NCBI GenBank assembly: GCA_050744225.1
Contig: JBOGGT010000076.1
Coordinates: 63,503-127,502, forward strand
DNA from: Acidimicrobiales bacterium
GTDB lineage: Bacteria > Actinomycetota > Acidimicrobiia > Acidimicrobiales > JAJPHD01
Direction of reading: 5' to 3'
Length of the DNA stretch: 64,000 nucleotides
Each line of letters opens with the position of its first letter. Within the stretch, counting starts at the first letter, position 1. Positions 44,054 through 53,891 of this stretch are shown here, one piece after another. The notes under the pieces are model-generated. The model worked only from the letters and a program-made list of their open reading frames with translations. It made no database searches and was not told where the DNA came from. The translations under genes and the position numbers were made by a program.

Positions 44054-46297
44054 CTAGTCGAGATCGCCGCGCCGTGACACATCGGCCAGGCCACCCGCTC
44101 CCGGAACGTCGTGGAGTGGTGCGGGCAGTGCCAGGTGGTGGAGGATGCTGAGCCGGCGAGTCGGACGGGTGAGGGCGACGTACAGGGCGCGCAGCCCGGT
44201 CTCGGCGACGATCAGGGCCGGTTCGACCACGATCACCGAATCGAACTCCAGGCCCTTGACCTCGTCCACTGTGATCACCGATGCCCTGGCTGAGTCGGCG
44301 GAGCCGCTGGTGCTCACCAGGGCCATCCCCGCCACGAGGAGAGCGCTCCTCAGCTCGGCGACCAGGGTCGCAGGAGCGATGACCGCCAGGTTCCCCCCAG
44401 CTCGCGGGTCTCCCAGCACCGCCAGCTCGTGGCTGGCGGTGATCACCACGTCGCTGACCAGCTGAACGCTGGACGACCGGGCGATCGTCGGAGGGCCCCC
44501 GGTCGAGCGAGCGGAGCGGGGGGGGACCTGTCCGGGGGCCGCGGAGGCGAGCACCAGGGCGGCGAGCGCCATGATCTGCGCCGGAGTCCTGTAGTTCACG
44601 CTGAGCTCGACCAGGTGGGGCTCGCGGCGCGCATCCAGCGGTCCCGTGATCTGGCTCCACGCGCTGGCCGCGTGAGGCCCGGTTGCCTGGGCAATGTCTC
44701 CGACCAGGGTCATCGAGCCCGATATCGAGCGCCGGGCGAGCATCCGAAGCTGCATCGCGGAGAGGTCCTGCGCCTCGTCCACCACGATGTGCCCGAATGC
44801 CCTGGGGGCCTCCTGGCCCGGCAGCGGCCCGAGCAGGACCGCTGCCTCGTCCAGCAGGGCTATGTCCGCACGGGTCCAGGCGATCTCACCCATGGCGTCG
44901 GCCCTGGGCCGGTAGAGGCTCGCCTGCGCGGCCGGCCCCAGCAGGTCCTTGCAGGCCAGGGCGAGCAGCGGCTTGGCCCCGAACAGGTCGTGCAGCAGCT
45001 CCTCGGCGCTCAGCCGGGGCCACATCCGATCCAGCGCCGCAACCACCCCCGGCAGCCGGCGCAGCTCCCCCGGCAGCTCGCTGGCTGGATCCGGTTCCGG
45101 CGCGTCGCGGGCCGCGTCCGGAGCGTCGCGCCCGGGGCTGTCCGGCTCGTCCACCACGTCGAAGACGCCAGCGCCGCCCTCGGGTGGAGGCCGGACCTGG
45201 TCGAGCGCAGTCCTGGCCCGCTCGTAGTCCGCCGCCAGCCGCTTGGTCAGGGCCGCCTCGACCAGAGGCCGGCGGGCGTTGTGCGTCCCCGGGCGTCGCC
45301 GCGCGGCCTGGACAAGGCGCTCCAACTCGGCTGCACTCACCCGCAGGACCACCGACCCATATGGGACCGCCAGGTCTCCTCGAAGGGGGCGCTGGCGGCT
45401 GCGCACCGCAGCTATGAGTAATTTGCACATGTGGGTGGTTCCTTTGATGTGGGCCACTCCCGCCGGTTCCACCCCCCGGATGGGCACGTCGAGCAGTCCC
45501 TCCACCGTGGAGGATGCGACCCCGTTCTCGCCGAGCGAGGGGAGCACCTGCTCGATGTAGCGCAGGTACGCCCGGTTTGGGCCGATCACCAGCACCCCCT
45601 GGCTCTCCAGGGGAAACCGGTGGGTATACAGCAAGTAAGCGGCCCGGTGCAGCGCCACCACCGTCTTGCCCGTACCCGGCCCCCCCTGGACGACCAGGAT
45701 CCCGGGCAGCGGGGCTCGGATGATCTCGTCCTGCTCTCGCTGGACGGTGGCAACTATGTCTCGCAGGTAGCCCGACCGCGAGCGGCTCATGGCCGCCAGC
45801 AGCGCCCCACTCGGGACATCCGAGTCGCTGTCGGAGTCGCCCTCCTCCCCAGCGCCCGAGTCGCCCTCAGCGAACAGCTCGTCCTCGATCCCCACCAGGC
45901 GCCGGCCCTCGCTGGCAAAGTGGCGTCGGCGGTGGAGTCCCATCGGCTCTGCCCCGGTTGCTCGGTAGAACGGCGCGGCCACCGGGGCGCGCCAATCCAC
46001 CACCAGTAGCTCCGAGTCGGCGGCCGACACCGGCAGCCGGCCGATGTGGTAGCTGTCGGAGTCGGTGTCGATCCGGCCGAAGCACAGGGGCCGGTCTCCC
46101 AGGTCGAGCTGGGTGAGGCGGGCCAGGCTGGATCGCACGGTCATGTCCCGCTCGGTCTTGGCCTGGGGGGTGCCCCCCCGGCCCTGGTCCAGGACCGCGG
46201 CCATCCGCTGGCGGGCAGCTTCGCGCATGGCCTCCAGCCGCTCGTAAGCTTGGTCGATGTGGGCCTGTTCGGCCTCAAGTTCAGGTTGGGGCGCCAA
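44054..46297 (-). CDS. helD: HelD/HelR-type UvrD-family helicase-like RNA-polymerase-associated ATPase
   Basis: The N-terminal coiled region (EAEQAHIDQAYERL), LCFGRID...YHIGR...LVVDWRAPVAAPFY, Walker A GGPGTGKT and the C-terminal UvrD_C-like motif. Confidence 0.8.
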   Translation of the reverse strand: MAPQPELEAEQAHIDQAYERLEAMREAARQRMAAVLDQGRGGTPQAKTERDMTVRSSLARLTQLDLGDRPLCFGRIDTDSDSYHIGRLPVSAADSELLVVDWRAPVAAPFYRATGAEPMGLHRRRHFASEGRRLVGIEDELFAEGDSGAGEEGDSDSDSDVPSGALLAAMSRSRSGYLRDIVATVQREQDEIIRAPLPGILVVQGGPGTGKTVVALHRAAYLLYTHRFPLESQGVLVIGPNRAYLRYIEQVLPSLGENGVASSTVEGLLDVPIRGVEPAGVAHIKGTTHMCKLLIAAVRSRQRPLRGDLAVPYGSVVLRVSAAELERLVQAARRRPGTHNARRPLVEAALTKRLAADYERARTALDQVRPPPEGGAGVFDVVDEPDSPGRDAPDAARDAPEPDPASELPGELRRLPGVVAALDRMWPRLSAEELLHDLFGAKPLLALACKDLLGPAAQASLYRPRADAMGEIAWTRADIALLDEAAVLLGPLPGQEAPRAFGHIVVDEAQDLSAMQLRMLARRSISGSMTLVGDIAQATGPHAASAWSQITGPLDARREPHLVELSVNYRTPAQIMALAALVLASAAPGQVPPRSARSTGGPPTIARSSSVQLVSDVVITASHELAVLGDPRAGGNLAVIAPATLVAELRSALLVAGMALVSTSGSADSARASVITVDEVKGLEFDSVIVVEPALIVAETGLRALYVALTRPTRRLSILHHLALPAPLHDVPGAGGLADVSRRGDLD

Positions 46298-46358
46298 AGG
46301 GAGATCCAGGATACCTCGTGCCCCAGGCAGGATCGCTCCAGCCGGCTAGTGGCTCTGG

Positions 46359-47519
46359 GTGGCGGCGAGTAGCTTCCGGGGAGTGCCTCGAAGCGCTGGT
46401 AGAGCCGTCGATCCCCAGACGACGGCCAGAGCCGACTCGGCCAGTACGGGCTCGGCCCGTACCGGCTCAGTAGGAGCCGACTCGGCTAGTTCGGGCTCAG
46501 ATTTCTTGAGGGCCTGTCGGTGTCAGCCGGTCGAGCGCACACCGGTTTGGTTCATGCGCCAGGCGGGGCGCTCGCTGCCCGAGTACCGGGCGCTGCGGGG
46601 ATCGGGCAGCATCCTGGACGCGGTGGGCATCCCCGAGCTGGCCGCGGAGCTGACCATGCAGCCGGTCCTGCGCTACGGGGTGGACGCGGCGATCCTCTAT
46701 TCCGACATCATGGTCCCCTTGGCCGCGATCGGCTTCGGGGTGGACATAGTGCCGGGAGTCGGGCCCGTGGTTGAGCGCCCGTTTCGCACCGAGTCCGACC
46801 TGGCCCGGATCCGCCCGCTCGATCCACAAGCGGACACCCCCTATGTCACCGAGGCGATCAAGATGCTGGTAAGCGAGCTCAAGGTGCCGCTGATCGGGTT
46901 TGCGGGCGCACCCTTCACGTTGGCCAGCTACCTCATCGAGGGCGGCCCCTCCCGCACCTACGGCGCCACCAAGGCATTCATGCACGGTGAGCCGGCGCTG
47001 TGGGCCCGGCTGGTCGACGCCCTGGCAGAGCTCTCCCTGGCCTCGTTGCGCTCGCAGGTCGCAGCCGGTGTCGCCGCAGTCCAGCTGTTCGACTCCTGGG
47101 CGGGGACGCTCTCGGAGCGAGATTACCGGGCACTTGTCGCGCCGGCCAGCGCCAAGGTGCTCGCAGGGCTGGAGGAGACCGGCGTACCTCGTATCCACTT
47201 CGGTGTGGGGACCGGAGAGCTGCTCGGCGCGATGGCGGAGGTGGGAGCCGAGGTGGTGGGGGTGGACTGGAGGGTGTCGCTGGTCGCGGCTGCGCCGAGG
47301 GCCGGTCCTGGGCGCGCCCTGCAGGGTAACCTGGACCCGGCCGTCTGCCTCGCCCCTTGGGAGGTGGTCGCCACCCAGGTCCGCCGCGTGCTGGACGACG
47401 CCGCCGGGTTGCCCGGACACGTGTTCAACCTGGGTCACGGGGTGCTCCCCGAAACCGACCCGGCTACCTTGGCGCGCATAGTGGAGATGGTGCACGAAGC
47501 CGGGGGGGACCGCCGATGA
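46359..47519 (+). CDS. hemE: uroporphyrinogen decarboxylase (start uncertain; the conserved core begins near 46503)
   Basis: [23 protein letters not shown]... The N-terminal ~48 aa are low-complexity and repeat-derived. Confidence 0.9.
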   Translation: MAASSFRGVPRSAGRAVDPQTTARADSASTGSARTGSVGADSASSGSDFLRACRCQPVERTPVWFMRQAGRSLPEYRALRGSGSILDAVGIPELAAELTMQPVLRYGVDAAILYSDIMVPLAAIGFGVDIVPGVGPVVERPFRTESDLARIRPLDPQADTPYVTEAIKMLVSELKVPLIGFAGAPFTLASYLIEGGPSRTYGATKAFMHGEPALWARLVDALAELSLASLRSQVAAGVAAVQLFDSWAGTLSERDYRALVAPASAKVLAGLEETGVPRIHFGVGTGELLGAMAEVGAEVVGVDWRVSLVAAAPRAGPGRALQGNLDPAVCLAPWEVVATQVRRVLDDAAGLPGHVFNLGHGVLPETDPATLARIVEMVHEAGGDRR

Positions 47520-48427
47520 TTGGCCTGTTGGTCATGTCCTACGGTGCGCCCAACGACCCCACCGAGATCGAGGCCTATTACACCCACGTCCGCCGGGGCA
47601 GGCCGCCCACGCCAGACGCGCTCGCGGACCTCCAGCGGCGTTACTTCGCCATCGGAGGGGTGTCCCCGTTGGCGATGCGCACCCAGGACCAGGCGACGGG
47701 GATCGGCGCGGCGCTGGAGCGGCTCCAGCCGGGTCGCTGGAGGGTCGTCGTGGCCTCCAAGCACGCCTTTCCATTTATTGACGACGGGGTGTCGCAGGTG
47801 GCTTCCTTGGGGATCCACCACGCAGTCGGCCTGGTCATGGCCCCGCACTACTCCGCGCTCAGCGTCGGCGAGTACGCGGATCAGGCCAAGTCGGCGGCGA
47901 GGGTGGCCTGGGTGGAGATGCGCTTCGTGGAGAGCTGGAACCTGCTCCCCGGGCTCATCGCGTGCCTGGCTGGGCGTCTGGTCGCCGCCATCGAGAGCCT
48001 GCCCGAGGAGGTGAGGGGCGCCACGCAGGTGCTGGTCACCGCCCACAGCCTGCCCGAGCGGGTGGTGGAGATGGGGGACCCCTACCCAGCTCAGCTCCGT
48101 CAGACCGCGGAGGCGGTGACCGCAGCGGCCGGGGTCGAGCGCTGGGAGATTGCCTGGCAGAGTGCCGGGCGGACCCCTGAGCCCTGGCTGGGACCCGACC
48201 TGGGCGACTCCGTCCGGGCCGCGGCTGCGTCTGGGGCACGAGCCGTGGTGGTCTGCCCTGCCGGCTTTACCTCCGACCACCTGGAGGTGCTCTACGACGT
48301 GGACATCGAGGCGGTCAGGCTGGCCGAGAGCCTGGGCCTTATCCTGGTGAGGACCGAATCGCTCAACGACGACCCAACCCTGATGGGCGCGCTGGCCGAG
48401 CTGGTTATTCACACCTGGGAGGCTTGA
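47516..48427 (+). CDS. hemH: ferrochelatase (coproporphyrin-ferrochelatase type)
   Basis: [10 protein letters not shown]......YY..VRRGR.P......L..RY..IGG.SPL is the pattern of actinobacterial HemH/CpfC. ATGA overlap with hemE. Confidence 0.85.
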   Translation: MIGLLVMSYGAPNDPTEIEAYYTHVRRGRPPTPDALADLQRRYFAIGGVSPLAMRTQDQATGIGAALERLQPGRWRVVVASKHAFPFIDDGVSQVASLGIHHAVGLVMAPHYSALSVGEYADQAKSAARVAWVEMRFVESWNLLPGLIACLAGRLVAAIESLPEEVRGATQVLVTAHSLPERVVEMGDPYPAQLRQTAEAVTAAAGVERWEIAWQSAGRTPEPWLGPDLGDSVRAAAASGARAVVVCPAGFTSDHLEVLYDVDIEAVRLAESLGLILVRTESLNDDPTLMGALAELVIHTWEA

Positions 48428-48438
48428 CCAGGCCGGTT

Positions 48439-48481
48439 CATGGAGTGAATAGCTGCAGTTTTTGCAGCTATTCACTCCATG
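48439..48481. repeat. perfect 19-bp inverted repeat with a 5-nt loop (catggagtgaatagctgca-gtttt-tgcagctattcactccatg)
   Basis: Read directly. It starts 12 nt after the hemH stop and is markedly AT-richer than its surroundings. No U-tract follows. Confidence 0.95.
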
Positions 48482-48497
48482 GACGGCGGGGGGCGAG

Positions 48498-49958
48498 GTG
48501 ACCGGCCGGCCACCACCGGGGGGCAGGCGCCCCCCGGTGGTGGCGGTGGTCGGTGGCGGGATCGCGGGGCTGGCGTCAGCGCTGGCGCTGGCGGACGCCG
48601 GGGTCGAGGTGGTCTTGTTGGAGGCTGGCGACCGGCTGGGTGGCAAGATCCTGACTGAGGACTTCGCCGGGGTCCCGGTCGAGGCAGGCCCCGACGCCTT
48701 CGGAGCCCGGGTCCCTCACGCGGTGAGGCTGTGCGAGAGGCTGGGCCTGGGCGACCAGCTGGTTTCGCCGACCACCGGGGAGGCCTCCCTATGGGTCGGA
48801 GGTCGGCTGCGACGCCTTCCCGCCGGCACGGTCCTGGGAGTTCCCACCAGGCTGGGCTCCCTCGTCCGGTCCGGCATCCTCTCCCCGCTCGGCCTGGTGC
48901 GGGCCGGCCTGGACCTGGCCCTCCCGGCGACACCCGCCGGCGCGGACCCCTCGGTCACAGCACTGGTTCGCCGCCGGATGGGCGCTCAGGTGGCCGATCG
49001 GCTGGTCGCGCCGCTGGTCGGTGGCATCAATGCCGGGCGCGCCGAGGTGTTGAGCGCTGCGGCGGTGGCCCCGGCTCTCGACGCCGCGGCTCGCCGCTCC
49101 CGCAGCCTGGTACTCGGCCTCCGCCGCCCCGCCCCAGCCGCCCCGGCGATCACCAGCCCGATCCCCCCCGCCCCGGCGATCACGGAGGAGCGGCCGGCGT
49201 TCCTCACTCACCGGGCGGGGCTGAGTGCGGTGGTGGGCGCCATCGCCGCCGAGCTGGGGGGTATGCCGCACGCCGAGCTGCGGACCGAGGCGCCGGTCAC
49301 CGCACTGCAACGAGTCGGCGACCGGTGGTCCCTGGACACCCTCCAGGGTCCGGTGGTGGCCGACGGGCTGGTTCTGGCGGTGCCGGCGTTCGTGGCCGGG
49401 GTGCTGCTGGCGCCGCATGCCCCCGAGGCTGGCCGACTGCTCGACCAGATCAACTACGCCTCGGTGGCCCTGGTCGCCCTGGCGTACCCCGACAGCGCGC
49501 TGCGACAACCCCTTCAGGGTACCGGCTTCCTGGTGCCGGCGGGGGAGGGGCGCACGGTCACGGCTGTCACCTTCACCTCACGCAAGTGGGCACATGCCTC
49601 GTCGCAGCACCGGACGACATTATTCAGAGCTTCGGTGGGGAGGTGGGGGGACAGCCGTCACCAGGGCCTGGGCGATTTTGACCTGGTGTCGGTGGTGGCC
49701 GCCGAGCTGGGGGAGGCGTTGGGGCTGCGGGGCGGGCCGGAGCGCTGGCGGGTCAGCCGGTGGCCGCGCTCGTTCCCCCAGTACGAGGTGGGGCACCTCG
49801 CTCGGGTGGCGGCGGTGGAGGCCAGTGTCCACGGGCTGCCGGCGCTGGCCCTGGCCGGGGCCGCGTACCGGGGGATCGGGATCCCGGCCTGTATCGCCAG
49901 CGGCCAGGCCGCCGCGGCGGCGCTGCGCGGCGCTCTGGGCTGGCATGGGGAAGAATAG
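48498..49958 (+). CDS. hemY: protoporphyrinogen/coproporphyrinogen III oxidase
   Basis: FAD fold VVAVVGGGIAGLASALAL...VVLLEAGDRLGGKI. The GTG at 48498 is chosen over the TTG at 48462, which lies inside the hairpin. Confidence 0.85.
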   Translation: MTGRPPPGGRRPPVVAVVGGGIAGLASALALADAGVEVVLLEAGDRLGGKILTEDFAGVPVEAGPDAFGARVPHAVRLCERLGLGDQLVSPTTGEASLWVGGRLRRLPAGTVLGVPTRLGSLVRSGILSPLGLVRAGLDLALPATPAGADPSVTALVRRRMGAQVADRLVAPLVGGINAGRAEVLSAAAVAPALDAAARRSRSLVLGLRRPAPAAPAITSPIPPAPAITEERPAFLTHRAGLSAVVGAIAAELGGMPHAELRTEAPVTALQRVGDRWSLDTLQGPVVADGLVLAVPAFVAGVLLAPHAPEAGRLLDQINYASVALVALAYPDSALRQPLQGTGFLVPAGEGRTVTAVTFTSRKWAHASSQHRTTLFRASVGRWGDSRHQGLGDFDLVSVVAAELGEALGLRGGPERWRVSRWPRSFPQYEVGHLARVAAVEASVHGLPALALAGAAYRGIGIPACIASGQAAAAALRGALGWHGEE

Positions 49959-49963
49959 AGCAC

Positions 49964-50767
49964 ATGCCGAGGCCTACATGGACCGGGTCGATCAGCTTCG
50001 GGCTGGTCAACGTCCCGGTAAAGCTGTTCACTGCGGTCCGCAAGCGCGACCTGAGGTTTCACCAGTTGCACGCCGCCGACGGGGCGCGGATCAGCCAGCG
50101 CCGGGTCTGCTCGGAGGACGGCCAGGAGGTCGCCTTCGACGACTTGGTCAAGGGATACGAGGTCAGTCCCGGCCGCTACGTGGTCATCGAGCCGGAGGAG
50201 CTCGACGCCCTGGACCCGGTGGCCAGCCACACCGTGGACATCGAGGATTTTGTGGCGCTGGGCGAGATCGACCCGCTCTACTTCGACAGCTCCTACTACC
50301 TGGTCCCCGAGGTGGCCGGAGCAAAGGCCTACCGGCTACTGCTGGACTCGATGAGCGAGGCCGGTCGGGTGGGGATCGGCAAGGTGGTCATGCGCTCCAA
50401 GCAGTACCTGTGCGCGGTGCGGCCCTTGGGCGATGTCCTTGTGCTCACCACCATGAACTTCGCCGACGAGGTCCAGGCCCGCTCCGAGCTGGATGGCCTG
50501 CCCGGTCCGGAGGTGGCGGCCACCGAGCGTGAGCAGCGCATGGCGACCCAGCTGGTCGAGGCGCTGAGCGGCGACTTCGACCCCAGCCGCTACCGCGATA
50601 CCCACCGCGAACGGGTCATGGAGCTGATCAACGCCAAAGTGGCCGGCGAGGAGATGGTGGTCGAGGCCCCCGGCCCCTCCGCTCCGGTGATCGACCTGAT
50701 GGCCGCCCTGGAGGCCAGCCTCGCCAGGGCCAGGGAGCAGGGCCAGGCCGGCGCCACGGCCGGGTGA
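49964..50767 (+). CDS. ku: Ku DNA-end-binding protein (NHEJ)
   Basis: PTWTGSISFGLVNVPVKLFTA...RFHQLH...VVIEPEELD...YYLVPE..GAKAYRLL. Confidence 0.9.
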   Translation: MPRPTWTGSISFGLVNVPVKLFTAVRKRDLRFHQLHAADGARISQRRVCSEDGQEVAFDDLVKGYEVSPGRYVVIEPEELDALDPVASHTVDIEDFVALGEIDPLYFDSSYYLVPEVAGAKAYRLLLDSMSEAGRVGIGKVVMRSKQYLCAVRPLGDVLVLTTMNFADEVQARSELDGLPGPEVAATEREQRMATQLVEALSGDFDPSRYRDTHRERVMELINAKVAGEEMVVEAPGPSAPVIDLMAALEASLARAREQGQAGATAG

Positions 50768-52290
50768 GGCGGGGGAGGGTCGCACTCGTATCCCTGGCCG
50801 CGGGGGTACTGGTCGCTCTGAGCCTTCCCCCCTTGGGCCTGTGGGAGCTGGGCATCGTGGGACTCGGGGTGCTGGCTTGGCGCCTCGGGGGGCTCCGCCC
50901 GGGGGCTCGGGTGTTGGCTGGGCTGATGTTCGGGGTCGGTCTGTTCGGACCCACCCTCATCTGGGTGACGGCCTTCAGCGCGGTTGGGTACGTGATCGTC
51001 GTCGGCTTGGAGGCTGCATTCTTTGCGTTGGCGTCGCTGGCGGTGCCGGCGGGGCGGGGTCGGAGCCTGGTGTTTCCGGCGGTGGTGACCCTGGCCAGCG
51101 CAGCGCGCAGCGCCTGGCCGTTCGGGGGCCTGCCGATGGGGGGGATAGTGCTGGGCCAGGCGGGCGGGCCACTGCTGGGGGCCTCGCGGGTCGGCGGACC
51201 GCTGCTGGTGACCGGCCTGGCTGCGCTCGGTGGGGTCTGCCTGGCGGGCCTGGCCCCCGTGGCGCTGGCCGGCACCGGTCTGGCGGTGGGTCGCGGTCGC
51301 CCGGGCGGGACGCAACTGGGCCGAGCCGGTAGCCGGTGCCGGCCCGGTGCCGCTTCTATATTAATTGGGCTGGTGGTCGTGTTGACCGTGGCCCTCTCGG
51401 CGACCATCGCGCCCGACGGGGGCCCGGCGGTGGCCAAGCTACGGGTGGCCCTGGTGCAAGGTGGGGGTATGCGGGGCGAGCCGGCGATAGACGTCAACCC
51501 CGCGATCCCCTACGACGCCCAGCTGATCGCCACAGCGGACATAACCGAGCAGGTGGGGCTGGTGCTCTGGCCGGAGGACACCATCGCGCTGTATGGGCCG
51601 CTGGCCGGCTCGGTCCAGGACCAACAGCTGGGCGCGCTGGCCCAGGCCCTTGGTTCCACCGTCGTGGCGGGGGTCACCGAGGATGTCGGCAAGACCCAGT
51701 TCCTCAACCAGGCGGTGGCGTGGGGGCCGAGCGGAAAGGTGATCGGCAGCTATGAAAAGGTACACCGGGTCCCTTTCGGAGAGTACGTGCCGCTGCGCTC
51801 GATCCTCAAGCACATCGTCAACCTCTCCGCTGTCCCCAGGGACGCCATACCGGGCCACTTGCCCGGGTTCCTGCGGACTCCGGCGGGGCCGCTGGGGGTG
51901 ATGATCTCCTACGAGGTGTTTTTCTCCAACAGAGCCCGGGTAGCAGTCCAGGCCGGGGGAGAGTTGCTGGTCGTGCCCACCAACACCTCCTCTTACCGCA
52001 GTGACCAGGTCCCGGCGCAGGAGGAGGCGGCCGACCGGATGCGGGCGGTGGAGGAGGGAAGGGACCTGGTCCAGGCTTCTCCCACCGGTTATTCCACGGT
52101 GGTGAACAGCCATGGCGAGGTCCTTGACCGCTCGGGGCTCGGGGTGAAGGCGGTGATCGAGGCCACGGTGGCCAAGCGTAAGGGTCTCACCCTCTACGAG
52201 CGCGGGGGGGACCTTCCTGAGTTGTTGGCCGCGGCCCTGGCGGTTCTGGCGGGGTGGGCGGTGGGGATAAAGGCGGCTCGGCCGGGGTAG
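50764..52290 (+). CDS. lnt: apolipoprotein N-acyltransferase
   Basis: Polytopic N-terminus plus a CN-hydrolase domain (VALVQGG....WPE...., YEKVHRVPFGEYVP, MISYEVFF). GTGA overlap with ku. Confidence 0.85.
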   Translation: MRRGRVALVSLAAGVLVALSLPPLGLWELGIVGLGVLAWRLGGLRPGARVLAGLMFGVGLFGPTLIWVTAFSAVGYVIVVGLEAAFFALASLAVPAGRGRSLVFPAVVTLASAARSAWPFGGLPMGGIVLGQAGGPLLGASRVGGPLLVTGLAALGGVCLAGLAPVALAGTGLAVGRGRPGGTQLGRAGSRCRPGAASILIGLVVVLTVALSATIAPDGGPAVAKLRVALVQGGGMRGEPAIDVNPAIPYDAQLIATADITEQVGLVLWPEDTIALYGPLAGSVQDQQLGALAQALGSTVVAGVTEDVGKTQFLNQAVAWGPSGKVIGSYEKVHRVPFGEYVPLRSILKHIVNLSAVPRDAIPGHLPGFLRTPAGPLGVMISYEVFFSNRARVAVQAGGELLVVPTNTSSYRSDQVPAQEEAADRMRAVEEGRDLVQASPTGYSTVVNSHGEVLDRSGLGVKAVIEATVAKRKGLTLYERGGDLPELLAAALAVLAGWAVGIKAARPG

Positions 52291-53317
52291 CGGGTGCGTC
52301 GACCGGCTCGCCCGGCTCGGCCGGCTCGGCCGGGGTAGCGGGTGCCTCGAACTCCACGGTGACGCGCTGGAAACTCTTGTAGCGCTCGATCTGTGAGTAC
52401 GACTCGTAAACCTTGCGGTCGGCCGGCGTCAGGTCGGTGGTGTCAGTGAACAGTGTGGCCAGTCCCCTTGGCCACAGCCGCCGTACGTGGACCACGTTGA
52501 TCTCGGCGCATATCACGGTGATCACGGCTTCGAGATAGATCCAGGCCAGCAGCCCAAGGACCACACCGAACACCCCGGCCAGGGCGTCGACCCCGTTCAG
52601 GGCATGGGCAACGTAGTAGGTACCCAGGGTCTGGAGGGCTTGCCAGCACGCTCCCGCCAGGATCGCGCCGGGCAGCACTTGGCGCGTGCTCAGGTCGATC
52701 GCACTGAGCCACCGATAAGCCAGGGCAAATATGGCCACATTGAGCAAAAAGGAACCCGCTGTGGTGGCGATCCTGGTCAATTCGTTCAAGGTTCCGGTGG
52801 TGTCGATGCTGAATCCGGACAGGGAGGTGGTCACGAGCACTCCCAGGCCGAGTGTGATCAGCAGCACCCCGCTGCGCAACCGGCTCGTAAGCGGGTTCGG
52901 GCGGTCCAGGCGCGGGACAGCCCAGATCCGGTTGAAGGCCTTCTGTGCTGCCTGGACAACTTCGAGGCCTCCGTGGATGCAGACCGCCGCGCTCACGCCG
53001 AGAGTCACGAAACTTCCACGCAGGGCGTGGACGTTGTTGCTGATCTGGGTCCCGATGATCGGGAAGTTGGCCAGGGCGGAGCTGAGCAACTCTTTGTGGA
53101 GTCCGGAGTTGCTACCGACGACCAGGTCCAGGATCGTGACCAGGATCACAAGCAAGAAGAACAGCGAGATGAACCCGTAGAAGGCGATCAGCGCAGCCAG
53201 GAAGTTGCCCTGATCCTCGAAGAACTTGTAGGTGACCGCCAGCGGGAATCCCAGCCAGCGGTGCTGACGCTGGAAGGCGTCGAGCCGGGAGAGCGGGCCG
53301 TTGCCCGCGCTGGCCAA
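52187..53317 (-). CDS. YihY/BrkB-family membrane protein
   Basis: ...FFEDQGNFLAALIAFYGFISLFP-like N-terminus and about 6 TM segments. The Pro-rich tail overlaps lnt by 104 nt. Confidence 0.8.
   Translation of the reverse strand: MASAGNGPLSRLDAFQRQHRWLGFPLAVTYKFFEDQGNFLAALIAFYGFISLFFLLVILVTILDLVVGSNSGLHKELLSSALANFPIIGTQISNNVHALRGSFVTLGVSAAVCIHGGLEVVQAAQKAFNRIWAVPRLDRPNPLTSRLRSGVLLITLGLGVLVTTSLSGFSIDTTGTLNELTRIATTAGSFLLNVAIFALAYRWLSAIDLSTRQVLPGAILAGACWQALQTLGTYYVAHALNGVDALAGVFGVVLGLLAWIYLEAVITVICAEINVVHVRRLWPRGLATLFTDTTDLTPADRKVYESYSQIERYKSFQRVTVEFEAPATPAEPAEPGEPVDAPATPAEPPLSPPPTPPEPPGPRPTTQEGPPRARRG
52274..52345. repeat. 24-nt direct repeat at period 48 (cggctcggccggggtagcgggtgc)
   Basis: Read directly. 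Copy 1 contains the lnt TAG stop. The - strand encodes the PATPAEPAEP... tail of the YihY-like protein. Confidence 0.9.
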
Positions 53318-53319
53318 AC

Positions 53320-53880
53320 TCAGGCGGACTGCCCGCTGAGCCCTGGGACTTGATCGCCGTCGGGGGTGGCCGCCGTTGGGCCTCCCTCGCCGCCAGACCC
53401 CTCCGCGTCACCCCCGGGTACGTCCCGGTCGACAAACAGCAACCGGTTGAAGATGACAAACTTTCCTATCCAAAGCACTCCGTAAGAGGCCAGGGACGCG
53501 ATCTCGGTGAGCGCGGTGACCCCGTCGCGTGAGAGCTTCAGCTGATGTCCCAGGCCGGCGGCCAGGTCAACCGCGTAGACAGAGAAGGCCAAGCCGATGA
53601 AGGCCAGCACCCAGAACGGGAGCACCTCTTGGAACAGGCGCGAGCGGCCCCGCTTGCCCCACGCCCAGTAGCGATTCAGGGTATAGGAGGGTACCGTGCC
53701 CACCGCACAGGCGATGACCTGGCACCAACCCGCGCTCGCCACCCTGAGCACATCGAAAGTCACGAACAGGGTGAGCAGGCTGACCAACACCGATACGACC
53801 GAGACCACGGTGTACTTGATCGCCTTGCGTCCGGTTGGGGTCCGAGCCATCTCCAAAAGGGCGCGCCGGGACAGGTCCAC
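53320..53880 (-). CDS. GtrA-family membrane protein
   Basis: ...YTVVSVVSVLVS...SYTLNRYWAW is the GtrA pattern, with four TM segments. Confidence 0.8.
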   Translation of the reverse strand: MDLSRRALLEMARTPTGRKAIKYTVVSVVSVLVSLLTLFVTFDVLRVASAGWCQVIACAVGTVPSYTLNRYWAWGKRGRSRLFQEVLPFWVLAFIGLAFSVYAVDLAAGLGHQLKLSRDGVTALTEIASLASYGVLWIGKFVIFNRLLFVDRDVPGGDAEGSGGEGGPTAATPDGDQVPGLSGQSA

Positions 53881-53891
53881 TTGGGCTGATG

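Noticed and set aside
46298-46358. A rifamycin-associated element upstream of helD
   Set aside because: No GC-rich 19-bp-type palindrome of the kind I remember for the RAE is visible in the spacer. I cannot exclude a divergent version without the published motif.
48439-48481. The hairpin as a rho-independent terminator of hemE-hemH
   Set aside because: No U-tract follows the stem on either strand. I kept it as an unexplained inverted repeat rather than calling it a terminator.
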